In this document: piece after piece, positions 48,293 to 62,623 of the stretch
How positions within the stretch are numbered: the stretch's first letter is position 1
Layout: every line of letters begins with the position of its first letter
Source of the DNA: Octopus sinensis
Taxonomy: Eukaryota
Direction: 5' to 3'
Length of the DNA: 64,000 nucleotides
NCBI RefSeq assembly: GCF_006345805.1
Contig: NC_043008.1
Location: forward strand, 68,076,001-68,140,000
The notes under the pieces: model-generated
Databases searched by the model: none
Seen by the model: the letters and a program-made list of their open reading frames with translations, nothing else
What the model was told of the DNA's origin: nothing
Translations under genes and position numbers: made by a program

Positions 48293-49577
48293 TTGGGTCA
48301 TTCCATAAATAATGCGGTTTTTTCAATTGCATAAACTAAAAGTCAGAGGGGGGGGGGATAAACTACCTGCATCAACTTACTATAAAAACAGGTAGTAATT
48401 TTTTTTACCTTGTCCTTATTCTTAGTGCAAATTTTGAAAAGTGCAGTTCGATTTGAACAGTTATTTCTTCAAAGCTATAATGGAAGTGACAAAGGAAAAT
48501 ATTCAGCATATTTTGCTTTATGAGTTCAATAAAAGCAACAATGCAACGGAAAGTGTGAAGAATTTTAATGCAGTATATGAAGATCAGACAATAAGCATAA
48601 ACCAGTGTCAACAGTGGTTCCAGAAATTCTGAGCCAGAAACTAACTACAGCCTAGAAGATGAATCTCATCCTGAAAGATCTGTAGAGCTTGATGAGGACA
48701 TCCTACAAACCCTGGTAGAACAAAATCCCATCGTAACTGTTGAGGAACTAGCAAAGAAATTTGGATTTGGTCATTCAACCATTCATCGACACCTGCTTGC
48801 TATTGGAAAAGTCAGCAAATTGGGTCAATGGGTTCCTTACAAACTTTCCAAGTCTAATCACTCGCAGAGTAAATGTGTGCTCTTCTCTGCTGCCACATCT
48901 CATAAATGAACCTTTTTTTAACTGAATAGTGACGAGAAATGGGTTCTCTATAAAAATGTCAAGCACAGGAGACAGTGGATAGGGAAAGGAGAAACACTGG
49001 CACTCCAGGCTAAAGAAGGTCTCCACCCATATAAGGTGTTGTTATCTGTTTGGTGGGATATGAAAAGTTTAGTCTGCTTTGAACTTTTAAAACCAAACCA
49101 AATGATAACAAAGGAGATCTACTGTGAGCAGCTAGAATGGCTTAAGTCAGCACTAGAAGAAAAACTGCCATCTTTGGTTTCAAGACGAAATGTGTTCTTC
49201 CATCAAGATAATGCTTGGCTACATACTGTAAGGATGACATTCCAAAGGCTGGAGCAGTTTGAAAGGGAAACGATGCCCCACCCACCATATTCACCAGTCA
49301 TTGCCCTATCTGATTATCATTTATCCCGTAGTCTTCAAAATAATTTGGAAAGAAAAAAATATGAATTCTGTCAAGGTCAGAACAGTGCTGGAGGAGTATT
49401 TTTCATCACAGACAAGTCAATTTTAGAAGTGGAACCTTGCAAATCTACCAGATAGATGGAAGAGCATTGTAGAAAATGAAGGAGAGTATACTTTAGATTA
49501 AAAAGAACTTTGTTTATCTTTTATTTGAAAAATAAAGGAAGTATTAAAAAAGCCGCAATATTTTTGGGATGACCCAA
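48293..49577 (+). mobile_element. Full-length mariner (DD34D type), transposase ~48480-49501 disrupted
   Basis: TA-flanked TIRs TTGGGTCATTCCATAAATAATGCGG. Motifs WVPYKL, DEKWVLY, HQDNA and PYSPVIALSDYHL. Confidence 0.95.
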
Positions 49578-49860
49578 TATATTATATAAGAAATATTTAT
49601 AAAAAAACTAATGTGCTAGTATATAATTAGATTAAAATACGTAATAATATACAAATATATTTCATGACGATTATATTAGTTTATATTTCATATTTTATCT
49701 TATATTTTTTATCTTTATTTTTGCTTTTAATTATTGACGCTCATGCTTGAAAACAAATATATTTAAATTCAATCTTTTCTTGGATCTGAATCCTCATACA
49801 TCAAAAATTACACTGAAGAGATTCTTACCCACAAACAATGGATTTTTATAATTTTCTTAT

Positions 49861-51133
49861 AGGCGCAGGAGTGGCTGTGTGGTAAGTAGCTTGCTAACCA
49901 ACCACATGGTTCTGGGTTCAGTCCCACTGCATGGCATCTTGGGCAAGTGTCTTCTGCTATAGCCCCGGGCTGACCAATGCCTTGTGAGTGGATTTGGTAG
50001 ATGGAAACTGAAAGAAGCCTGTCATATATATGTATATATATATGTGTGTTTGTGTGTCTGTATTTGTCCCCCTAGCATTCCTTGACAACTGATGCTGGTG
50101 TGTTTACATCCCCGTCACTTAGCAGTTCGGCAATAGAGACCGTAAGAATAAGTGCCCGGGGTTGATTTGCTTGACTAAAGGCGGTGCTCCAGCATGGCCG
50201 CAGTCAAATGACTGAAACAAGTAAAAGAGTAAAAGAGAGGTAGGAATCAAAGCAATTGTATGTAATTTGTATTTAATATTTATTATATTATATTATTATA
50301 AGAATATAATATAATATTATGTTAATTAATTATAATTTTTGAATTGACAATTGTATATCTCTCTTTTCTACCCATGTGGATTGTAAGGCTTTTCTCTACA
50401 AAATTGGGTATTGAACAACGGGGCCAGTGAATGATTGGATGTTTTCATTCCTACTTTCTTTATATTCAAAATGTGACCTCGTGTGTACTGTTGGCGTTTT
50501 TTTTCCTCTGTCTTCCTTTCTCTGGATCTTTCCTTCTATGTTTTCAACGAAGAGCTCCGCTCGAAACGTTAAACCCTCCTTCTTTCCTTCTTTCCTGAGC
50601 ATCCAATAATACTATATTTGTTCCACATCCTCGCGTTGTGTTTTTTTGTGCTTTCTTGTTTGGATTAACTTTATATATATATATATATATATTGTAGCTG
50701 TGGGCCCTTGAATTCCAAGCTATTGCAGTACATGGTCCTCGCCTTAGATGAGACAACTAGGATTATATAAGGTGCAGGAGTGGCTGTGTGGTAAGAAGCT
50801 TGCTTCCAAACCACATGGTTCTGGGTTCAGCCACACAGCATGGCACCTTGGGCAAGTGCCTTCTACTATAGCCTCAGGCTGTGAGTGGATTTGGTCGACA
50901 GAAACTGAAAGAAGCCTGTCATGTGTGTGTGTCTGTGTTTGTCCCCCCCCCCATCGCTTGACAACTGATGCTAGTGTGTTTACATCCCTGTAACTTAGTG
51001 GGTTGGCAAAAGAGACTGATAGAATAAGTGCTAGGTTTACAAAGAATAAGTCCTGGGTTGATTTGTTCAACTAAAGGTGGTGCTCCAGCATGGCCACAGT
51101 GAAATGACTGAAACAAGTAAAAGAGTAAAAGAG

Positions 51134-51192
<59 letters not shown>

Positions 51193-51550
51193 GGCATGGT
51201 TGTGTGGTAAGAAGCTTGCTTCCCAACCACATGCTTCCAGGTTCAGTCCCACTTGGGCAAGTGTCTTCTACTCTAGCCTCAGGCTGACCAAAGCCTTGAG
51301 TGGATTTGGTGGGTGAAAGCTGAAAGAAGCCCATCATATATATGTATATATTTATGCATCTGTGTTTGTCCCCCCTTCACCACCATCGCTTGATTACCGA
51401 TGCTGGTGTGTTTACGTCCCTGTAACTTAACAGTTCAACGGAAGAGACTGATAGAATAAGCACAGGCTTGCAAAGAATAAGTCTTAGGGTTGATTTCTTC
51501 AACTAAAAGGTGGTGCTCCAACATGGCCGCATTCTAATATATACAAGTAA
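49861..51550 (+). mobile_element. Three family B SINE copies (49861-50240, 50772-51135, 51190-51550)
   Basis: Each has the head, the CTTGGGCAAGTG domain and the GTAAAAGA tail. Confidence 0.85.
50340..50660 (+). mobile_element. Penelope-type 3' end with hammerhead remnant (50540-50574)
   Basis: GTTT-TCAACGA-A-GAGC-TCC-GCTC-GAAA-CGT-T-AAAC keeps stems I, II and III, but the first core strand is mutated. Confidence 0.7.
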
Positions 51551-51569
51551 AAGAATAAAAGAAAATATA

Positions 51570-51975
51570 TAAAAAGAGGTTTAAGGACGGCATAAGGACT
51601 ATCAAGAAGTCACATGGAATGGATCCAAAGGCCAAAGAAACCCTTGCTTCTGATTGAGCTGGACGGCAAACAAAAGTGTGGAGTGGAATGAAAGTGTTGG
51701 AGGAGGCCAGGATAACACAGGCAAAACTCAAGGGAGTTTTAAAGAAGACTGTTGCAATTGAGAAGGTGAATCTCAATGACCTTTTTGGGTTCACAGTTTG
51801 TGTAGCCATGCCTTTCTTTTGCTGAGCTCAAATCTCATTTGTGGAATCATGAAAAATGAACCTCCACCAACTATTCTGCCTACATATCTGTCTGTGCACA
51901 CCTTTCAATGCTGTGTATGCCATAAGGTCTGCAAATATAACAGAGGCTCCAAAAGACATTTTAAGATCTACAAAA
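51570..51975 (+). mobile_element. RTE/Bov-B-like LINE C-terminal fragment with zinc-finger remnants
   Basis: KRFKDGIRTIKK...ETLASD...LKSHLWNH and FQCCVCHKVCK...KRHFKI. Confidence 0.5.
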
Positions 51976-52000
51976 ATAAGAACTTAACTGCAGCTCTTAA

Positions 52001-52220
52001 CCCTTTTGTTACTGTATTTATTTTGAGATACTCTGTGCTTCTTTCAATTACTTTAAATATAACAAAGAATTTAGTAAAATAACTTAGTTATCATTCAGCT
52101 AGTGTAAGGAACATAAATTGTGACTAAGGTTTAGTGGAAGATTTTTGTTCAAAAATTTTGAAAACAAAACATTTGTACTCAGAGCCAGAGCTGGTTTCAG
52201 CCGGGTTGGTAACAAAAGGG
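52001..52220. mobile_element. piggyBac-like MITE
   Basis: TTAA|CCCTTTTGTTAC ... GTAACAAAAGGG|TTAA. Related copies at about 60292-60490 and 23490-23620. Confidence 0.9.
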
Positions 52221-52281
52221 TTAATGGTCCAAATCATATGCAATCTATGTGGGTGTCTTTTCAATACATTGTGTGGTTTAA

Positions 52282-52511
52282 CCTTTTAGTGTTTGAACTG
52301 GCCATATCCGGCTCAAATATTCTACATGTTTTATATTCAAACTGGCGATATCTAGCCTTTCACACCTACCTTACATTGACACTCTAAAAATAAATAGTGA
52401 CGTTATTGAAACCTCAAAGCTATAAGATAATGTATGATTAATTCAAGTTGATGATGATGAATTTGAATGAAGAAGTATTACATTTAACAGAATTATTTAA
52501 ACACTAAAGGG
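52282..52511 (-). mobile_element. piggyBac-like MITE (family of the 8025 and 33607 copies)
   Basis: TTAA|CCTTTTAGTGTT ... AACACTAAAGGG|TTAA. Confidence 0.85.
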
Positions 52512-55500
52512 TTAAAAAGCAGCATCGGACACCATGATGGATCTAAGGTGTAGTTATCATTATCATCTCTTTAATGTCCACTTTTCCATACTGTCATTGG
52601 TTGGGCAGAATTGATCAAGGCAAATTTTCTACAGCTGGATACTCTTCCTGTCACTGACCTTCACTTGCTTTTCCAAGTGTAATATTTCCCTGTGACATGG
52701 TGATGCTCATTTGCTGCTGTCATACAAGGTCAAGACTAGGAGACACTTGCATACACATATACATTCATATGCAGTTTGCTGTGCTTGAGAAAACACATCG
52801 ATCTAAGTAAAATTGTGGTTATCCTTGCATACAGGTGTGTCCCCTGCATCCATCTTCAGCTAAGCAATCCTAATCTTGTGGCCTCGTGGGTGCTGGTGTC
52901 ATGTAAAAAGCGCCCATGCTGGTGCCATGTAAGAGCACCTGTGCCAGTACTACATAAAAGCACCCAGCACACTCTGTTAAGTGGTTAGAGTTAGGAAGGG
53001 CATCCAGCTGTGGAAACCAATGCCAAAACACACATGGACCCTGGACAGCTCTTCAGCAGGCCAGTCTCCTGTCAGACCGTACAACTCAATCCAGTATGGA
53101 CAATAGATGTTAAATGATGATCACAATCATGATCCTGGTGATGTATTTCATCATCATCATCATCATTTAACATCTGCTTTCCAAGCTGGAATGGGTAGGA
53201 CTTTTTGACAGGAAACCAGTGAGCTACAGAGCTGCATTGAGCTACAGTGTTATCTTTGGCATGGCTCAACACCTGGATATCCTTCCTAGTGCCAACAACT
53301 TTACAACATATATTTGGTGCTATTTTTTTTTTGCTTCTTTTTTTTTTTTGAGGTACCACCACTTGTGAGGTTGTCATGTAACTTGAAAGACAGGAAAGAA
53401 CAGAGAAAAAGTGCCCACTACTAAGGGGAAGTATTTGAGAGGGGAAGGTAGAGATAGGTGGCTGTGTACCAAGTATTGAAAGGTTAGAGTAGATAGAGGG
53501 ACAAGCACAGGTGTCTAGCTATAGAAGAGATACACAATTGAAGAAGATAAGTGGAAGGTAGTGATGGTAGTACTAGTGTAAATTCACAAGGAACAAAGTA
53601 GACACAGATTGGATGGTGAATCATGAGAGAAGATGAGAGTTGATGCAGGCAGTAAAGAGGTGGAGACAGAGGTTAATTTAATGAGTGCTGAACAAGGGTG
53701 TAGGTGCAGATGATGGGAAATACTAGTATGCAGAGAGAATAAGGTGGGAGGTAGGAGTGGCTAAGGAAGGCGAATAGAACAGAAGGTGTGGGATGATGTG
53801 CAATGTGTAGCAGCTGTGGAGAAGGAATTATAGGGACATACAAGGGGCTAGAGTAGGTGGGTCATGGTGGTAGAGGTGGAAGGGTATTGAGACTGAGAGA
53901 AGATAAGAGAGGTGTTTAGAGTGGAGTATAGCAGAGGAGAGAGAGGGAGAGAGAGAGAACAGTGATTGAAGGCACAGAAAGAATATTATTGGTTGAATTA
54001 GTGTGGACAGGGATTATGAAGAATGGAAACAGTTCCAAGGGGTGGCAGAGACTGTCTGAGACTGGGATATTATGTATGTATGTGTGTGTATCACGTGATC
54101 GACCAGACCATCAGATGTTTTACACATCGCTGGTCACAATGCGTTCGCATTGTTTTAGCCTTCGAATGACGCCACCCAGCTGGCTAAGCAAGCAGGCCAA
54201 CAGAAGAAAGAGTAGTGAAAGAGTACAGCAGGGATCACCACATCCTGCCAGAGCCTCGTGGAGGTTTTAGGTGTTTTCACTCAATAAACACTCACAATGC
54301 CCGGTCTGAAAATCGAAACCGCGGTGCCTACGACCGCGAGTCCACTGCCCTAACCACTGGGCCATTGCGCCTCCACATATATATATATATATGTATGTAT
54401 TTACGCACACACACACACACACACACATGCAAACAGACACACTACAGGCTTCTTTCAGTTTCCATCTACCAAATCCACTTACAAAGCTTTGGCTGGCTCA
54501 GAGTTATAGTTGAAGATAACTGTCCAAGGTGCCACACTGTGGATTGATCCCAAACCATATGGTTTGGAAGCAGATTTCTCAGCCACACCTGCACCTTTCA
54601 AATCTACTGCTGTTGCTTCCCCTCCCATCTCTCACTCATTTTTCTTGTCATTCTCTAATATTCAGCTCTCTGTCACTCATCCCATACCACTGTATGAGAC
54701 CCACCACAATTTATCCCCTACCATCATCCTATTCACTATTTCTCTTTCCCTTCTTGATGTTTATGTAAGAAACTGAAATGGACTGTATAATAGCCAATAC
54801 AGTCTCCCTTCACCACATCTATACTGTTAGTAATTACTTTACTTCCCTAATCATCTTGTTTCTGCCATCAATACTCTTGCTCTGTTCATCCACATCCTGG
54901 TCCTATCAGCTCTGTTCTTCAGTCTTCTCTCTCTCTCTCACTTCCTTGGCCACGTTGCCTTCAGTGTATGTACATGTCCCTGAGTACTTAGTGCCTTCAG
55001 CTCTTTTGAGGTACAAGAGTAATACTATAAAATAATGCACCCAGTGGTTGCTAAACTAGCCCTTTCTCTAGATCCTCCCTGATGTACCCAGTGCACTTTG
55101 TAAAGTGGTTGATAAACAATCATGCCTCCAATGCTACTGAGCACTTACATTCATTGCTATTTTTGCCATTTACCCATCCTTATTAGCATCCCTCCCTTGC
55201 TCTGTGGCCCCTTCTGTGACCCTCTTATCTCAATCATCCTGTCTATACTACCTCTCTCTTCCTCCCCTCTTCCATCAATTCTGGTTCTTCTGTCATCGCT
55301 GCCTCTTCTATTTAATTCCTTAGCTACATAGTGGTGAGGACTCTAGTTTTCAGGACTGATGTAACCCCACTATTGTCAGTAACACTATAAACCTGTGCAA
55401 GCAGGGCATTCTGTGAAGCAGATGTCAAATGAGTGAAGTTGTGATATCTAGAGTGTCCTTTAACATTGTCAAGGACACAGTAACCTCAAGGCTGGTGCCT

Positions 55501-55589
55501 TGATAAAATACTCTTATTAGACTCTGTAAAACGTAGGGTTGAAATAAATGATCCCTTAGTCTTATCGAGGACATGCCAGTCTCTTTAGT

Positions 55590-56590
55590 GCTAGTCAGTC
55601 CTGTAGTACAGGAAGGTAAAATACCCAAAGAGCGGCATAGTAGTAACATAATAAACTGTTCTAAGGGCAATAGAGATGCACTAGAGAGAAAATAAACTAT
55701 AAAGGCATCAAATTGTTGGTTCAAGTCACTCATTTGCAAAATGGATTTGGAACAGGGTTAGCTTGGATGAAATATAATTCGACTTTGTACCAAGATGTGG
55801 TACCACCAATGCCATATTGCCAGTGAGACAGAAGTCTTTTCCTTAAGAGTAAGCCCCTATTACTAAGTATTCATTGGTCTGGAGAAAGCCTTTGACAGAG
55901 TCCTTTGTTTGTCATCTAATGGTTACTGAGAAGCTAAGGTTTGATGAATAGTTTGTGAGAGTTAGCAATGAGCTCAGTAACCAATTCTGCATATAGATAG
56001 AGGTCCTTGGGCTCTCACTTGCACACACATTTTCATTATAGTCCTCTATGACATAAGAAGTGAGTTTAAGTTCAGCTGTCCATGGGAACTCTCATTTGTA
56101 GATGACCAAGTTCTTATAGTAGAATCTGTAGAAGAATTGAAGAAAAGATTGCAAATATGGAAATAAACCAGGAACTGAAAGCCTTGAAGTAAATTTAGCA
56201 ATTTAGTATTAAAGTTTTAGTGAACAGGAAAGAAGACTAGACTAAGTTATTATCAGGGGAAGCAACCATAATCAGTATTTAGGAAAGGAGTAGGTAGAAA
56301 TTTCATATGGTTTGCCCAAAGTAAGCAGTGGACACACAGGAGGTGCTGTGGAATCATAGGCAGAGAAGGTAGATCTCATATGTGTCAGGTATACAGTGAT
56401 AAAGAAATAAGAATACATGCAAAATAGACTCTCCCATGATGTGCAGAAAGCTCCCTTGAAGTTGTTAATTGCTTCCATTATCTGGGTGACCTTATTAGTG
56501 ATGGGAGTAGATGTTCTGAAAGTGTAGTAGCTAGAATATGAATTGAGTGGGAAAGGTTCAGGGCACTATCACTTCTGCTGGCAACAAACT
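55590..56590 (+). mobile_element. RTE-clade LINE RT fragment, heavily decayed, with the same PHD-like insert
   Basis: NYKGIKLL, GLEKAFDRV, PWELSFVDD, RKGVGRN...QWTHRRCCGI and LEVVNCFHYLGDLIS. Confidence 0.85.
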
Positions 56591-56783
56591 GATTCTCTCT
56601 CTTACAATTCTGATACCTTGTTATCTCTCTACTGCCCTCTCTCCCATTCTCAGTACCTTGCCATCCATGAAATGAGAGACTCGCTTGATCTACTCAAACT
56701 CAGTCCCCCACCTCTACCACCATCTGTGTCTCCTTAGTCCTTTCTTCCTCCCATCATGTTGCTGAGTGATAAAAGATGTTATA

Positions 56784-56998
56784 CAAGGGGTTATTGAAAA
56801 GTTTCTGGCTTTAAGAGTATAGTGAAAGACCCAGTTGAAGGCCCAACTTTCTGAGTTCTTTTAAGGGCTAGAAAAACTGAAGGACCGTTGCAATAATTGT
56901 ATGAATCTGAGAAGGGAATATGTTGAATAAAATCATAATGAACTGACCCTCCTGTATTTTCTTTTACCCAAAGCCAAGAACTTTTCAGTGCCCCCTCA
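56784..56998. mobile_element. Mariner-derived MITE
   Basis: TA|CAAGGGGTTATTGAAAAGTTTCTGGCTTT ... AAAGCCAAGAACTTTTCAGTGCCCCCTCA|TA. Confidence 0.8.
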
Positions 56999-58773
56999 TA
57001 GCTCTCACTATTCACCATTGATCTCTTACCTCCCCATTTAGTGTCTCCCTGTTATCATGGTCCTGGAGTAGCAAAACATTGTATTGAACCTGTTGGGATC
57101 TGACACTTCCTCTCTGCCAATTAATATATTGTTACTATTAAGGTGGTGAGCTGGCAGAATTGTCAGCTCACTGGGCAAAATGTTTAATAGCATTTTACTA
57201 CTCTTTACATTTTGAGTTCAAATGCTGCTGAGGTCAACTTATGCCTTTCATCCTTTCAGGATCAATAAAATAAGTACCAGTTGAGTACTGGGGTCGATGT
57301 AACTAACTTGCCCCCTCCCTTGAAATTGCCGGTTTTGTGCCAAAATTTGAAATCAATATATAGTTACCATTAATGTTGCCCCCTCCATAATACCAAGAGA
57401 TTGTTTTGCATCCAATACATCCCACCAACTTTCACTCACTCCTCCAGGTTTCCGTCAGTCACTTTGCCATCTTGGCTGTCCATGTCCTCTCTTATCAGCT
57501 AATATTAAATTCCTATATTGCTAGTCTCCATTTCTTCTTCTTTAGGTCATTCAGTACACATCTATCATACTCCTATCATTGTGGAGGCTCAAAGGCCCAG
57601 TGGTTAAGGCAGCGGACTCACGGTCAAAGGATTGCGGTTTCGATTCCCAGATCAGGCATTGTGAGTGTTTATTGTGTGAAAACACCTAAAGTTCCACGAG
57701 GCTCCAGCAGGGTGGGTGGTGAACCTTGCTGTGCTCTTTCACCACAACTTTCTCTCATTCTTTCTTCCTATTTCTGTTGTACCTATATTTCAAAGGGCCA
57801 GCCTTACTACACTCTGTGTCACACTGAATCTCCCCAAGATCAACAGAACTACCTGCTTGTGAAATTAACATGCAAGTGGCTGAGCACTCCACAGACATAT
57901 TTATCCTTAATGCAGTTCTTGAGGAGATTCATTGTCATAACCAACAGAGTGCCACAACTCCTATCATTAGTCATTTTATGACTGACTATCCATTACTTTC
58001 TCCCGTGATTACTTGTGTCACTATTTCATTACATCCTGCCAATCCTGTCTCTTTCATTACTCCTTGTAGCTCAGTCCCCTCCTGTCCTCTTTCCTCTTCC
58101 AGCTGTCACCTCAATCATCCTGCTACTGTTATCATACTCATGCTTCTTTCATTTTAGATCTTCTGCAATTGCTCTCTCTTCTCCCCAGATTATCATTCAC
58201 TATACCCTGCATGAAGGCACATAAATGTATTACTGTGAGGACTCTTGTTGTTAACAGAGTACACAGCAACAGCAATAGAACAGGTGTTAACATAAAACAC
58301 ACCCAGTACACTCTGCAAAGAAGTTGCTGAGCAAGAGACGACAGTGTAGGTCTTGCTGTGGACATGACAACCTCTCTTGTGCTGGTACCATTATAGAAAA
58401 GGGATCCAATCACAGGAACCATGCCAAAGTTAATAACTTTTGAGTAAGATGTTGTCGCTTGGTCAATCTGGGAGAATGCTAACTCTGAATAAGAGCTAAC
58501 TTGGACCATGTTGTTCCAACCAACCCATGCCAGTATGGAAAGTGGATATAAAATTATGATGGTAATGATGAGGAGGCTATTCTTTTACCAGTCTCAGTCA
58601 TTGGACTGCAACCATGTTGGGGCACCATCTTCAACCATATCAGCCCCAAAGCACACGCATCACTACCCACTCTACTGGTCACCTTTCAGTTGAGAATTTT
58701 CTTGTGTTTTTGCAGAGTGCAAGGCAACTTAACTCTGTTGGTACCATGGTAAAATGCAGATAGTACACTCACT

Positions 58774-58943
58774 CAGACACGTCATCAGATTTTGGTGCTT
58801 GTGGGGTGCTTCAGAATATTCTGGGTGGTCACTAATTTGCAATAATGCTCTGGTGGAATTTCGAAATAAGTGCATCACTCTAAATCTGAGGGTGCACCAT
58901 TGAAAAGTGAGGGCCCCAGTGCACTGCTTTAGCGACGGTCATG
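58774..58943. mobile_element. hAT-type MITE
   Basis: CAG...CATG termini with TSD CACTCACT/TACTCACT (7 of 8 match). The body is shared with 60528-60659. Confidence 0.7.
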
Positions 58944-58950
58944 TACTCAC

Positions 58951-59020
58951 TAATACAGTGGTTGACGAACGAGCAGTTGTGTTGAGAGTCCTTCAATCTT
59001 CTCGTCAAGAGCATGACAAC
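58951..59020 (-). other. Candidate 70-nt host exon
   Basis: Acceptor CTCCAGCCCTCTACAG|G and consensus donor GTGAGT in non-repeat CpG-rich DNA. Two frames are open. Confidence 0.35.
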
Positions 59021-59513
59021 CTGTAGAGGGCTGGAGTCACAAATAAATGCGTTCCGTACATTTTGTACGGCTGGTGGCGAACGAGTGGAAGACATTAGTC
59101 TCTCTTTTGCAAGTGTCTCGATAAAATGCATCCAGTAAATTGTTAAGTTGTTGATATTTAGAGGGATATCCATTCGTCGAAACCATGCTTAAATGAAACT
59201 TATGATTAAGGTGTGGTTTTCCAATCACACATGCGCGCGTACGCACACAATTAAGAATATATGTTATACTGAATTTCTCGAAAGAAATGTCGATATATAT
59301 TGTTTATTATCCGAATCTTAGTACCCACGCTCAAACACAGATTTGATAGAACGAAGTAAATAGAACTCAATACGTGAATGCATAATTTTAATTGGTAGTA
59401 AGTAACCAAGAGATTCAAAGACCGAGAATTTCGTGGATCAAATTGAATTCAAATTTAGGAGTCATGTACAAAACTCTCGATCCATAACTTACTTTGTAAC
59501 TAACAACTGCCGA

Positions 59514-59566
<53 letters not shown>

Positions 59567-60527
59567 CGAAAGATCACCATATACTGATAGATAAATGGAT
59601 AGACAGATTGATTGATTTAATGGCTCATTTGTTTAATTATTTTTAATGATTTAATCAGTATACTTTAATCAACCAATGTGTTCCATACCAACACACATTT
59701 GTTCTAAGTCTTATAAAGTTTTAATCACATTTTCTTTCTCATTCTTTTCTGTGTGATCTTCATTTGGAAATAATTACTTAACATTCGTCTCGTCTCTGTT
59801 TAAGCTGACTTTAAAACAACTATTTTTTTGTTTAATGGTTGTTTAAAAAAGAGAGAGAGAGAAAGGGAGAAAGAAAGAGAGAGAGAGAAGAAGAAGAAAA
59901 TGATGTTTTCTTTTGTTCTTTAATTTTGATTCAATTTAATCCATTATTCTGCTGTGTTGCTTTTTTTCCTTTGCTCCTTTCTCTTATTCACAAATTCTAC
60001 AAGACTAGACAGATACACCATTAAGTAGCTTTATTTTCTATTATGCTTTCTGTTTTGTTTTGATTTCGTGATGACACGTGACTTTGTTGTTAGGGTGTTC
60101 AGATCGCGATTGTAAAGTCTCGGGGTTCGATTTTTGGTCCCAGTAACGGCTTGTGTCCTTATATACGTCACTTTATTTCATGTTTAGTTTACTCAGTTAA
60201 AGATAAGTACCAAAAGCAGCTGGGGTTAACCTTGTGAAGACTTGCTCATTCAGCGAAGGGTCTTGTACTTTCAATCGCCTAACCTCTTCGATACCAACCT
60301 GCCCGAAATCACCCTTGGTCCTTTGATGCAAAATTCTTGTTTTAAAGGGATCTTTCATCAAAATTTTACATTAATTTATGTTCTGAATGCCAGTTTTAAT
60401 AGATGCATTTATTTCATTAAATTCTTCATTATTTTCCAAATTAATTTCAACAAAGCAGCATATTTCAAAAGAAATATAGTAACAAAAGGAAACGTCTCGG
60501 AAACCGGAGTAAACTCCGACCTGAATG

Positions 60528-60659
60528 CAGGTCCGTCGCCAGATTTGTAATAATGCTAAAGTGGAGTTTCGAAATAAGTGTATCACTGTAAATCTGAGGG
60601 CACACCATTGAATAGTGAGGAGGCATTGCCATCAAGTGCCCCCCTTAGTGATGGACATG
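60528..60659. mobile_element. hAT-type MITE
   Basis: CAGGTCCGTCGCCAG / CTTAGTGATGGACATG with flanks CCTGAATG/CCTAAGTG (6 of 8 match). Confidence 0.65.
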
Positions 60660-61392
60660 CCTAAGTGAGCATTTAGGGTTGATGCGGACTTAATTTAGAT
60701 TTGATAATGTCTCTCCACCTAAAACTCATATGATGATGTTGGGACAAATGTAATTTATAAGATTTCTGTTTGCTTTTATTCTACACACAATTTTCAGTGC
60801 TCTATCATACCCTGGAGAATTAGAAATGCACAAAATCATATCGTTTTTAAATATCGAAAGATTTTTTTATCAGTATTAGTCATTAAGTCGGTAATAAAAT
60901 GAAATAGTTATACCGAGTGTCGATATTGATCTATCCATATTTAACAGCTATTTTGCTGCGGGATGTGAGACCCAAGACCCGTGCCTAATGCTTCGATAAT
61001 GAAACCTATACGTACAGCACCCATAACCATTTTTATCTGAACATATATAGTGATTCACACTGGCTCTTTTTGCAACACTTCACTGCCTTGTTAATACTAA
61101 CAATGCAAGAAACTTATAGTTACTCCCAGTATAGATTGTTATGGAGTAAAAATGCCATAGAAAGAAACTCTTTTGAATCGAGTCGTCGAGTGTTATATTT
61201 TTTTTACAATTTTCTAAGGTGCTACTGGCTGCCTGAAAAGTTTACTTATTTCTTGCATACATAAACAATTTTGCAATAAAACTGTCAGTTCAAAAGAAAG
61301 AAAAAAATTTCCTTTCAGTTTAATTTTATTGTTAAGTTGACAATGGTTGACATCTAATTCCTTTATTTATTTTCTGAGTAGTTAAGACTACC

Positions 61393-61451
<59 letters not shown>

Positions 61452-61572
61452 TATATATATATACTACATTCAGAAGTCAAACATGTATAGTAATAAACAA
61501 CGGACGGAAAAACATGCTAAATGCACAGACGCAGAGATGAACGAATGTGTGTGTGAGAGAAAAACACGCTAT

Positions 61573-61672
61573 ATATTTACATGGAGCACAAAATTATAGA
61601 AAGATATGAAGAAAATATGTAATTTCTTAACACTACAGCTGTTTCGGGAAGCTGAGAGCTACATAATAATCA
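61573..61672 (-). repeat. Inverted copy of the Penelope pseudo-LTR segment at 62921-63022
   Basis: Both read ATGATTATTA.GT..CTCT.AGCTTCC.GAAACAGCTGT....TTA.GAAATTACATATTTTC...GTAAATAT. Confidence 0.8.
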
Positions 61673-62004
61673 TGACTTGCAAATGAAATCTGCAATTAAG
61701 TGAAAGTATGTAATCGGTTACCAGTTACATGGAGATATTACAATAAGTCCGTCTTCCCTCGTCAAGAGAAAATTAGCGAAAGCGGTTCAAATAGTAGTGT
61801 CAGCAGATATAAACAGTTGAAGGAAAAGAGGAGATAGAGCAAGAACGAAAAGTGACGTTAGTACAATCGCCCTTAATACTTGTAGCCCTAACACATGTGA
61901 TTGCGTTGATGCTCTCGCCCAGCTCCATACTAGTTACGAAACACCGCTGATCCTACTTCATAGATAACTGATCACATGAATCAACAAAGCAGTGGGAAAA
62001 CCTG

Positions 62005-62420
62005 AAATTGTCGGGTGTCCTAACTATGTCCGTTACATGGATTTTGTTTACTCTCTAACGTCGTTATATAAATGCCAAGTAATAATAATCCCATGTTCCC
62101 ACTTCTAGGGTCTACATAGGCAGCACCATTGATTTCAAGCGCCGCTACCGGGTTCACTTGAAGTTATTCTTAAATAGAGCCTCTAAACTCTCTACCTCTT
62201 TAGCTGTATATGTACACCACCTCGAGTCCCAGAGCATTCCCTGCACCTTACCCTATCTGTAGTTTGTAGGGCTCCCCGTACAACACTAACCATCGTGTTT
62301 GTAAGTTATGTTGCAGGAAATCCCTCGCTGGTCTTTGCAATCATAATACCTCGTTACTCAGTAGATTTTCTGATATAATCTTCACGTGTAAATACAAATT
62401 TTATTTCACATTTGCTCATT
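62005..62420 (+). pseudogene. Neptune-type Penelope GIY-YIG endonuclease fragment
   Basis: NCR...CPLHGFCLLSNVV, RVYIGSTIDFKRRYRVH (YIG at 62113-62121), PYNTNHRVCKLC and LLSRFSDIIFTCKYK. Confidence 0.85.
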
Positions 62421-62623
62421 ACATAAAGTCTATGATTTGTCCTATTTGCAAATAAAACTCTACTTATTATTTAGCACCATTTTCTTTCTCTTTTTCTCCT
62501 TGTACCATATGCTCATTATTTCAACATACTTTATTCCTCCGCTACTCCCACACTTACTATTCACCTTCCTTGCTTATTTCTTCTAGCCCTTCTGTCTGGT
62601 CAGCTGCCATTTTATTTTCGTTA

